Shown piece after piece: positions 26,501-36,804 of a stretch of 64,000 bases of DNA. This DNA comes from Lingula anatina (taxonomy: Eukaryota > Animalia > Brachiopoda). A program made the translations under genes and the position numbers. The notes below the pieces were generated by a model. The model did not search any database, was not told where the DNA came from, and saw only the letters and a list, made by a program, of their open reading frames with translations. Position 1 is the first letter of the stretch. Each line of letters opens with the position of its first letter. Location: assembly GCA_051362555.1 (NCBI GenBank), contig CM120644.1:752954-816953 (forward strand), written 5' to 3'.

Positions 26501-29500
26501 TGCTAAACGGAGCAAACAGTATGAAAAAGCTGGCTCCACTGAGGTCTCCCCTGCGATATCTGTGCAGTTTAATCACGGAGCAGGTCATGTGGATGTGTCT
26601 GAAAATAGTTCTGTCGAAGATGACAGATATAAAAGATCCAAATCCAAAAAGAGGAAATCTGAAACAGGTGAAGATAAGAATAATGAGCAGACTTATAAGA
26701 GGTCAAGGTCAAGTCTAGGTCAGGGGTCAAAGGTCACTCAGCAGTTGCAGGTTTTACCTCAGAATTCCAGGCATGAAAACAACTCGAGTAGTACTTCACC
26801 ACAAGTTATACCAGATAGTTTTAAAGCCAAAAGTGAAATAACGATAAACTCAGAAGAGCCAAATGCAAGCAACAATGCCAGAGTTCCAAATATTGAAGTT
26901 GAATTGACAGATGAAAATGGGGACATATCAGATGACCTAGAACAAGGAGAAGAAGAAGAGGGGAGGCTGGAAGATTTAGTTTCAAAGGAATATGACAGCA
27001 TCAGCACAACTAATTTTGTAGATTCATCTTGTGAAGTACTGAAACCAGTAAACCAAAAATCGCCTTCCTCTAAAACGCGACTGGATGAAGAATTGGACAA
27101 TGACTCCACTTGTGGATCTCTTGTAGATGATGTAGAGGATGAAGACCTTGATAATGGGGTCAAGGTCAGTGATCTTTATGAAGGGGTTATTGACCTTGAG
27201 GATAATGACCTTGAACCTGTGGAAGATGAGGATGAGGTCATTGATGTCGATACAAATAGTTCTTCAGATAGTAAACATTCTGGTGGATGTTTAGAGAGGA
27301 AACCGAAAGTGGTGAACATCAGAGGGCGACGGATCTTAGAGAGCGACAGCTCCTCAGAAGATGGCGAAGCTGAGGAGGAGGCAAACATTGAAGCATCAGC
27401 AAAACAACTAGAAACCCAGCCCAATGAAAGCAGGTATAAGCAAGACATTGGAGAGCTTGCCTCACAGGAAGATGAAGAAGTGCTTTCAAAATCAGACAAA
27501 CTAAAAGTGGGATCAGGAAATCTTGCCAGTCAAGGGGAAACTAAGAGCATGAAAACCACGTCCCTAAGTTCTAGGCTCAGCTCAAGAAATCACAGAAAGA
27601 AATTGTCAGACCTTGCTGTTTGTAGCGATGATGAAGATGAAGCTGACCACCAAAGAACTAGTAGTATAGAATTTAGCCATGTTCCAGAAGGTTCCCACAC
27701 CTGGCCACAATCACAAAGTCTAAGCATTTTACAGCCTTTGGGGCATATTCCAACAAATAAGGAACTCGGATTACAAAATGAAAACACCATGGATGATACA
27801 ACTGATGATGACGAACTTCCTGATATCCATCCCCCATCCAAGAAATCCCCCCGTGCTTCCACTTCCAAGTCTTACAGTAATACACCGACAAGGAAGCAAA
27901 GTGGAAAAATACCGACGATGGAAAATGTCAATGATTTTCAGAGTCCAGGTTCCAGAGTGTCTTGTAATGCCCCATCTGTTGGGAGAAATGATTTTGTCAG
28001 TCCTGTGACGAGATTGGGTATTCCCACTATTGGCAAAAGACTGAAGTCACCTCTGCTGTTGATGACCAGTGGTACCAGGAACCAGAGTCCTCGCCCTGGG
28101 GTGTCTTGCAATACACCATCTGGTGAGAAAAGTGAGTTTCTCAGCCCATTGGCCAAAGAAAAAGTTTCTCAGTTAGAAAAACCTGAACCTTCACCGTACC
28201 CAAGCACTGATTACTTGAATAAAGGCAGAGGTCACAAACTTTCAAACCAACAGAACCTGTCTGATGATGAAGAACACATTGAAGAACATGATCCGAAGTA
28301 TTATCCAAGGGATACTTCTGAGAGTGAAGCACCTGTAGAAAGGAATTACTCAGAAGATTTATTTACTGCAGAGAAGGCAGTTGAGGAAACTGAAGAGGAC
28401 AATCGGTATCCTGATAGTTCAGTATCTACCGAGAAAGACATGCAAGGTGAAGGTCAATCAGCTAATCGTTACCCCACGAGTTCCTTCTCTAGTGAAAGTG
28501 AGGCCCTGCTTACGACCCAGGTAAGAAGTTTTCTCCTTGTGTTTTCTTATGATTGCAGCACTTAATTCAGAAATATTTTGAATTTTTTGTGCAGTTTTTG
28601 TTGAGTGTAAAATATTCATTTGGTACATGGTCTAAAGGACTGAAATTATATGGAGAAAATTAGGCATTATATCACTTACACTGATAATATTATGAAAATT
28701 TTAAAATTTAAATCCCTATCAAATGAAGTAGCAGAAGTGGCTAATGATGACTGAATATTGAGATTGTGATCACAAAAGGTATATTATCAGTATTTACAGT
28801 ATAATATATTGAATCTTTTATTTACACTTTCAGCAACAAAGACAGACAGAGGCAGAGTTGGAGAGACTTCAGAGAGAAATGGAACGCCTGAAGGCAGCTT
28901 TGAACCAAGGTGTTAGAACTGATGCTGTGCAGTCTCAGACAGGCATGTTTGACTCCTTTACATTTATGTGTACCTTTTCTTGCATATCCATATATGCTCT
29001 TTACCAAAGTCCACTTGATGTGTTGACGATCCTGTATGTAACCAGAAGTAGAACTTGTTTTTTGGATGAAATCGGTATGATATATGAGTGAAAATAATAA
29101 TTTTGTTTTAACACATTTTTTCAGACAAGAAAAAGGACACGGCAGAGGATGATATAAGATCTTCAGATGAAGAACCAGACAACATGTCAGGAAATGACAG
29201 TGGGGATGATCTGTTTGTCAGTCCACGTCCTCCCTCTCCACCTCCTGTGAAGGTTGCCAAGGAAACGTCTTCAACATCCCATGTGGAGCGCACTCCGGAG
29301 ATTCAGAAGTTGACTGAGTTCATTGATCATTACAAGTCCAAAGATGGCACCACTGTGTCTAAGACAACACAGCAAGGTATTCAGTTTTAGTGAGAGACCC
29401 ATTTTTCCTCACATACTGTTTTTATTATCTGAAAGTTTTTTTCTTTTTAAGAGGAGGAATTAACTTTTATTTAATCTGCTTTTTTATTCATTGTTTAATT

Positions 29501-32500
29501 TTTTAGAATTATTTTAAGAAATATTGCTTCAGTAATATGACATATATATATATATAAGTTCCTAAAATTGGTCAAACAATTTTTTATCCAGAATGTATAA
29601 AAAAAAAAAATCTTACTAGTAGGTTATCTGATTTATGTTTTTTTCATGCTTAGATTTGAAGATTAATTGCCAATGTCTATCTTTTTCTTCAGCAAACGCA
29701 AACAATTCCTCAGAAACAAGAAAAAGTAAATCACCCTGTGTTATAAAGGACACCCCAGATAGGCCTACGCCAGGGTCAGTCAGGAACAGTCCAGGGTCTG
29801 GTAAAAAAGCCCAGGGGTCAGGAGACGGCAAAATGTCCAGAGAATCCTCTCCTTTTAGGAAAGACAGCACCTGTCTTAGACAGAACGATCCACAGACTTT
29901 GAAAACAAACAGAGTGCAATGTAGTGGAAACCAAGAAAGGACCAGGAACCATGGTGGACAAGAAAAACCAGAGACCAGTGGTCAGTTGTGTTCAGGATGG
30001 ACGAAGGAAGTGATCAGTGGCAGGACGGGAAAGGTTATGTCCATTGTGGCAACGGGACTGGGAAAACATGAAATAGTAAGTTTCCTCAGACAAGTATCTG
30101 GGCGTCCATTGTGGTTTTGGTTGAGATTTTTGTGCTTTGAAAGAAGTATTTATTTTGAATTACTATATAAAGCATTAATTAAAAATGAAGAGTTACTGTA
30201 ATTTTTTTGAAAGAAAAAATTCAGTTGAGAGATGATTTGAGATTTATCATTGATAAGTGATCGCACTGCAGTAGTACCCAGCTTTTATCCAGAATTATTT
30301 TGAGTACTTGGCAAGTCTTCAGATATACATGTATATGTTATGAAAATATTTATTGTATAAATATTTTTCAGTCTACCATTAAGAATTTTGGTGACAGATT
30401 TGGTGGGAAATTTTGGGCAAGGTACAACTCCGGTACTACACATGTTATAGTAAAACCTGGTAAGACAGGATTTGGAGGTATTTTTGAAGAACTTTTATTG
30501 GAGTATTTAATCAGTTCATTACATTGATTGTTGTTGACATTTATGTCATAGATTTCTTGTGAGTTATCTCTTTTAGTAACTTAAAACCTTCCTTATTTCT
30601 CTCTGACATCACACAAATATTCTTTATAATCAAATGACTTAATTTATATTATAATATATATATAGATGTAAAGCATCCTTTGGCCTGTGAGAGAACACTG
30701 AAGTATTTCATGGGGATAGCTGGCAGACGATGGGTGGTTAGCTACAAGTGGATAGAGGACTGTCTGAACCAAGACAAGCTCATCCCAGAGGTGATTCTCT
30801 TTCAATAAAAATTACCTTTTACTTGTTTGGAGTAAATTACATCATATATGTGAGCCTCTCCCAGGATGCAAATGTTCCGATGCTTTTTATTTTGTACGTA
30901 TGTTTATATATTTTTGAATATTCTCCAACCTCTGATTTATTCTTGGGATAAAACTTAACAGCTTGAAAAGCAAATTTTACAATTTTGTAACAGGCAGAGA
31001 GTGAAATTAATAGGTTTCACAAAATCTGGGATGAACTATCAAATAATAATTTGACAAATTTGTATTTTTAAAGATCAATCTTTACCATTTATCACATGTT
31101 ATACAGTCATACTTGTTAAATGTAATCTTGAAAATGGATATCATTTATAGGGTAAAAAAAAAAGGATACAATGAATATTCAATCAATACCTTCCAAATCT
31201 TTGCAGACTCAGTACGAGATCAGAGGAGACATGGTCAATGGCGTCAACCACCGCGGACCTCAGCGCGCCAGGCAGACGTCAGACGACCAGCTGTTACTTA
31301 GGGGCTATGAAATCTGCTGCGCGGGGGGGTATACTGGGCTCGCCATTGGTAGGTGATTTATGACCTTGTGCCTACTTTATTCATTAGTATTAGTCTTAGC
31401 TTAGTTGATATATATTATAGATTTAGTGTACATAATCATCACGTCACTCATCCTAAACACTTTATTAAGAATGTACCTACATGCACATATACATGTTCTT
31501 AAACATCAGTTTGAAATTGTTACAGTTTTTTTCTATATAGTATTTTTTACAACTCAATAAGAATGTTCTATAAAGAAATTTTTGTTGTAAAAAAAACGAT
31601 ATCTGCAAAATTCACAATTATCCCCATTTAAAACATTGAGTCATTTCTTTCACCAACTTTTCTGTCACCAGACGACCTGAAGAACCTGGTTGAGCTGTGT
31701 GGTGGCGCCACTGTACAGGATCCCTCCATGTTCAGCTTTCAGCCTGGCAGTAAGAGGGTTGTCCTCATCCAGCCCTCGGAACATGGCGTGGACAGGAACA
31801 AGTGTGATAGTAAGGGACCATTTCCAGACACTAGCGTACTAACTGTGGAGCGATCTATCTCTGAGGTGATTCTGGCTAAATTGCAATCAATTTATGTGTC
31901 TTAGATGTCTGCCATGCCTACTGAAGCTGCTAGGGGGTAATTAATTATAGTTAAACAGCTCAGCAGACGGGCCAGACATCTAAGCTGCTTAAGCAGAAAG
32001 CAATTTAGCAAGAAACCCCTCGGGGGTGGATCGATCCTGTTAGATTGATCTATGGGAACCCAGTCTTAGTTGCCAATATCATTTACACTGTAAATTTGTT
32101 TTAAACCTTTCTTTTTCTAATGAATTTTATTTATTTATTAATATAACCATCTTTAGCAGGCAAAATTTATGAAATAGAAACTTACTTAGTACATTTTTCT
32201 TTTTGCTTTATTTTTTTAATTTCTTTGGACAGGTATATTGTTATGTATAGAACTGATCTAGTAACTGAATCTAGCTGGCATTTTATTAAACTAAGACAGC
32301 TTATTGAGCCAGAATTTGAACAAGAATGAAAATCTGTTACAAAATCTCACATATCTCACATGTTTATTGGCAATTTATCTTCTAGAAATCTACAAGAAGT
32401 ACAGCGCGATGACCCTGAACAGAGAGTGGCTACTGGACAGCGTGGCTTTATACAGGGTGCAGCACTGGGGGGAGTATGTGTTATGTAGCAGAAAACTGGT

Positions 32501-32537
32501 GAAAGATGATGACACAGAAGTCATAGACATTGACTGA
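14528..32537 (+). CDS. BRCA1: Breast cancer type 1 susceptibility protein homolog (RING, coiled coil, tandem BRCT), 18 coding exons, about 2,390 aa
   Basis: Exons 14528-14622, 14978-15031, 15426-15500, 16073-16161, 18954-19063, 19410-19512, 20199-20253, 20993-22911, 23358-23486, 25345-28520, 28834-28909 (or 28942), 29125-29376, 29693-30075, 30372-30459, 30666-30790, 31207-31348, 31672-31809, 32386-32537; the sum is a multiple of 3. RING: [30 protein letters not shown]...CPLCKKNITKRSL. PALB2-binding-type coiled coil: LLTTQ|QQRQTEAELERLQREMERLKAAL. BRCTs: MSIVATGL, TTHVIVK, CERTLKYFMGIAGRRWVVSYKWI, YEIRGDMVNGVNHRGPQRAR, REWLLDSVALY. Confidence 0.95.
15668..16003. mobile_element. Non-autonomous Kolobok-like DNA transposon, copy 1
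   Basis: TTAA|agggataataactcttc ... gaagagttattatccct|TTAA. A TTAA target duplication with AG...CT termini is the Kolobok pattern. Confidence 0.75.
16441..17057. mobile_element. Non-autonomous Kolobok-like DNA transposon, copy 2 (inverted relative to copy 1)
   Basis: TTAA|agcaataataactcttc ... gaagagttattatgact|TTAA; its right ~170 bp is the diverged reverse complement of the left arm of copy 1. Confidence 0.75.
17329..18925. mobile_element. 1.6-kb non-autonomous TIR DNA transposon (superfamily uncertain) with an internal inverted repeat at about 17580-17730
   Basis: About 38-bp imperfect TIRs gagagctttcgcacctgcacgtttaggcgaccgactac / gtagtcgtctgcctaaacgtacagatgcgaaagctctc, flanked by aatatta / taatatt; no transposase ORF. 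Confidence 0.8.
19909..20173. mobile_element. MITE with ~40-bp TIRs
   Basis: atcaggcctacccaactaccagactcggcaccgaatgatc ... gatcattcggtgcggagtctggtagttgggtaggcctgat, nearly perfect inverted ends. Confidence 0.8.
20445..20629. mobile_element. Foldback/MITE-like element with ~60-bp inverted arms
   Basis: tatacatgaaaattctcaaacacaagccaaaaaa...ggccaacct pairs with aggttggcc...ttttttggcttgtttgaaaattttcatgtata. Confidence 0.65.
23737..25230. mobile_element. Non-autonomous piggyBac-like DNA transposon (1.5 kb)
   Basis: TTAA|CCCCATAGCGCC ... GGCGCTATGGGG|TTAA; duplicated palindromic subterminal motif aaccgc(g/a)tat(a/g)tgcggttcccggc at about 25153 and 25198; internal ~62-bp repeats (aagcaggaaaagacatgttgat) at 24460-24670. 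Confidence 0.85.
31814..32065. mobile_element. Tourist-like MITE (subfamily B) inserted in a BRCA1 5' splice site
   Basis: taa|gggaccatttccagacact ... ctatgggaacccagtc|tta; diverged reverse complement of the 50397-50655 copy and related to 41402-41625. Confidence 0.7.
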
Positions 32538-32594
32538 GATCTTTTATGTCAGGAGACAAGGTCAAAACACACACACGCATGCACACACCCAGGT

Positions 32595-32651
<57 letters not shown>

Positions 32652-32699
32652 AACATACACTTTCTCTCATGAACACAAACACACATATAATACACACAT

Positions 32700-32740
<41 letters not shown>

Positions 32741-32858
32741 AACACACACACTTTCTCTCATGAACACAAACACATATAATACACACATTCTCTCTCTCTC
32801 TCTCACACACACAAACACACACACTTTCTCTCATGAACACAAACACACATAATACACA

Positions 32859-32941
<83 letters not shown>

Positions 32942-32980
32942 TTTCTCTCATGAACACAAACACACATATAATACACACAT
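32595..32980. repeat. Compound microsatellite/minisatellite in the BRCA1 3' UTR: four units of (CT)n(CA)n plus ctttctctcatgaacacaaacacacatataatacacacat
   Basis: Unit cores at about 32660, 32751, 32823 and 32941. Confidence 0.9.
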
Positions 32981-35900
32981 GCTGGGTAGATGTCAATAAA
33001 ACAGTCAGTGAAAGGTGATAAATGTGATAAATACTGAGGCTGAATATTGTTTGTGTTAAGCCTGGCTATGATCAAGAATTGTATATCATTTATAGACAAA
33101 GAACCCTTCAGTTTTGTGTTGATGTATATTTGAGCTAGTCACTATTGCAAGAATGTGATACATACCACATTTACTGTATGTAGTCTGAGAACTTCTCAGT
33201 TCTTGTATGTTGAAATGAGAGGTAAAACTGACATTTCAGCTGTCATTCCTAATTTGTGAAAGAGAAAGAGCAATTTGAATTGAGGCATTTCTGTATTATA
33301 AAAGAAAATATGAAAGAATATAATGATGGTTAAATAGTTAGAAAAGCATGATTATTAAAGGTAGAATCTGAAGATAAGTGCTATGTGACAGGAAGCAGAA
33401 GGTTGATGTAACTGTTGTATATTGATATAGATTGTATCCTTAATGTGAAACTGCATCTGCATGATATCTCAAGCTAAAACACATGTTTATAATTGAGGCC
33501 ACTGCTTGCTTATGTTATCACAAGAAGATATATATATCAACATTTGATTGTACTGTCATAAAAACTAATTGAACTATTTGTAATTTTGTTAAAATTATTC
33601 AGTGAAGCTTGAAGCTGCTGAACCTGTTGTACAACTTATTGCAATATTATGAACTTAACATGTGACAATAAAGATTACGTATTGTTGAAGTATTTGATCG
33701 TCTTTCAAGTCATTATTGCCTTTAAATAATGTACTGTATGTTCTGACATGATTTGGAATTTGATGTTGGGGAGACATTAATGTTCAATTAAACAATAGAA
33801 TGAACAATATGATTTTTGAAATATCTGAAAAATACGAGTGACATTAAGTAAATTTGTGATAAAAATGACAAAAGGTGTTTTAGCCTTTTAAATGAGACAT
33901 CTATTTCTTGGGCTTATATTTATATATTGTCATTAAGAAAAGATAAGAGTTTATTTAGCCAATTATAAAAATCAGAAATCATTTTCCTTTTGGAGCAATA
34001 TACAGAGTAAAATAATAAAATAATACAATAAATAAATAAATAAATTAAGAATTTAGTTTTGAGATCAAATTAAAATGCGTCACTGCACTTGGATAAAAGC
34101 TGTTTAAAAAGCGTTTACTGCCTTTAAAAGTTAAGTCTACTGTTGCTTGGTAAAAAAGTAAAAAGAGATGTTGCAGGATGGAAAGAGTCTTTCATGGTGT
34201 TGACAATTCTTTTCTCCATCCTGTCTTTAAAAATCTCATATTTATTGCCATTTTTATTTATGTTATAGTAATAATTATTTATTACTATTATTATTTTCGG
34301 GTGTAAGGGGGTACGACAGTACGAAAAAGCTTCAAATGTCTTCCAATAGTAAATGTGAATTGCGTTTCTCGTCGCAGCCAGGTACCACGTGACTAGCACA
34401 TCTAACACAATCCAGAAACTAGGTCAGTCACAATGTGAGGCTGGTAAATGAACATTATCTCCTCTGTTATGTGTGACTTATCAGCTGTAGGTTCAGGTGT
34501 GCAGCACGATTAAGCGCTGTTGACGTGTCAGGGGGATGGACATGACCAGAATTAGCCTAAAATCAGCCAGGTAGGTATTTAATTAGGTGTTTGATCAAAG
34601 GAGAGATTTGTGACGACCCTTTTCAAGTTCAGATCAACAAGTAAACACGATATGACTTCCGTGTCGTCTCCATTGATCATAGATCGTATTCTTGGCTGTA
34701 TTGTACTACATGATGTCCGATCAACCTGCGTCTCTTACACATGTGCTGTATACAATACAGTAGTAGCTGATGGTGATTATTTTGTGGGCTTTGGCATGTT
34801 GTCTGTGGTTTCCAAATTTACTTGTATTTTATATGGACATTTCACTTGATCTATGTACAGTACTACAAGTATCCAAGTAGATGGACTTAGTTTGTGATCT
34901 ATAGCCTGTATTGTAGGGTTCACTTTCTAGACTTGAGCCTGAATCAAAATACATGCAAAGGGTACTGAAAGATAAGAAGACATATTTCATTTGTATTGTT
35001 TAAAGTTATTAGTGTATACAAGCTGTACATATAAATATAGTTAACTTGACCATATAACAAACAACATATTCCTGTGAAAGGTGGCAATTGTAGCTTGTCC
35101 TATAGTGGGAAATTAAAGTGATAATAGATTTTGATCATGTACATGAATACAAACATAAAATGCATTTCTTCATTTTCTACGGATCGTGTGTTCTGAAATG
35201 TTTTAAATACACCCTCATGGTGTTGCATCGTTGTGGGATTTCAAGTTTTGTATTAAACTATTTAATTATAAAGCTGAGTTGTTTACTTGCTAATAAAACA
35301 GAGATTTGGGATTTATGATTGATCCATTTTATCCATATTTTTGACAGATTACCACATGCAGAAGTCATGTAGCTTAACATGACAGCTAGGCAACTCTCTC
35401 TCAATAAAAGATTAAAACTGATGTTACAGTACTAGGAAATATTATAATTGGATAATCTCTGTCACAGTGAACATGTTTTAGACAGTGATAGCTAGGTCTC
35501 CTGTTTAATTTTTTTAAATGATTATATAAGGGGTCTTGGGTTATTGTTGGTCTGATTAACCAGACTGTGATTTGACTTGGGGGGGGGGGGGGCAATTGAC
35601 AGGTAACAAGGTTGATAACAAGTTCATCTGCAAATTAAAATGATTTTTTTGCAAACTTACAAGTCCAAGTGGACTTGTGGAAATATTTATTGTTAATTTA
35701 CATTTTTTTTTTCATTTAATATAATGCAATTTACTGGCCTTCAGGTTGATGATTTGGTTGGTCAGATATGACAGAGTTATAGGTTGGTCTCAGTTATATA
35801 AATCAACCTTACATGCTATAGGTACGTACTTTAAATTGGTTTTATATACTACAAGGTGCGACAGAGAACACACGAGTATTGTGAGGATGTGGCTTTTCAT

Positions 35901-36489
35901 AGTGCCAAAAGTTTGATTAAACACCAAACGTTTCTAGACCTTATAGCTGCTGTAAAGGCTGCCATTAAGCATACTAGTATGGACAAAAGTGGAAGGACAA
36001 AAACTGAGGCAAGTGCCAGGTCTATAATGATGTACATGCATGTACTAGTAGTATATTTAATTCATTAGTACAAACGGTAGAACATAAGTGAGGCGAAGGA
36101 GCTGAAATGTTGAAGATGTGATCACTATACTGTAACTGATATATTTAATAAACATGTACTTGAGTTTGGTGTAATATTTATATATAACATAGATAAGTTT
36201 CATGTGCAAATTTTTTGTCAGGTATGAGGAGGTCAACATATATATAGGTTATCGTGAATCTGATCTCCTAACATAGGGAATGGTATTATCTTTGATGAAA
36301 AAAGAACATTTATCTAAGAGCTGTATATATGCAGACAAAAATTTAAACTACATTGTTAATGGTCCCCATGCATGTGAGACGTGGTTATCAATAGAGCTGA
36401 ACTGTTTTAAGGTCAGATGTCAGATAATGTAGAGAGGATAATATAGAGAGGCAGACACACTAGATTAGCTTGCAGACTGGCCAGAAGTT

Positions 36490-36760
36490 GTTACCTGTCT
36501 CTTGTCTCACTTGTCCGTTGTTTTACCTGTCTCTTTTTGCTTTTATCAATTTCTTTCCTCTTACCTGTCTATTGTCTTACCTGTCTATTGTCTTACCTAC
36601 CTATTGTTTACCTGTCTGTCTATTGTCTTACCTGCTTATTGTCTTACCTACCTATTGTTTTACCTACCTATTGTCTTACCTGTCTGTTTATTGTCTTAAC
36701 TGTCTGTTTATTGTCTTACCTGTCTGCCTGTCAACTGTCTTACATGTCTGTTTTATCTGA
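36490..36760. repeat. Degenerate 16-20 bp minisatellite (ttacctgtctattgtc)
   Basis: Tandem units directly visible; source of the low-complexity ORFs at 36470-36962. Confidence 0.85.
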
Positions 36761-36804
36761 CCTGCATATACCTGTGTCTTCGAGCAAATATCCTGTTGTT
36801 TTCA

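Noticed and set aside
25727-28332. Multiple antisense ORFs (for example 25727-26155, 26759-27163, 27176-27499) as overlapping genes
   Set aside because: Ser/Leu/Phe-rich shadows of the Glu/Asp/Lys-rich BRCA1 exon; no independent motifs.
21150-28565. The 622-aa and 1040-aa ORFs as stand-alone novel genes
   Set aside because: Both are bounded by splice sites and join in frame between the RING and BRCT exons of BRCA1.
32530-33099. HT/SL/CV/RE-rich ORFs here and at 3270-3602 and 9051-9233
   Set aside because: Translations of dinucleotide microsatellites, apart from the true UBR3 exon parts.
34370-34580. CpG-richer patch with CCACGTGAC and TGACGTG motifs and a caggtagg donor, as the promoter/first exon of C1GALT1
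   Set aside because: Plausible, but 14 kb from the ATG with other candidate donors in between (for example about 44602); needs transcript data.
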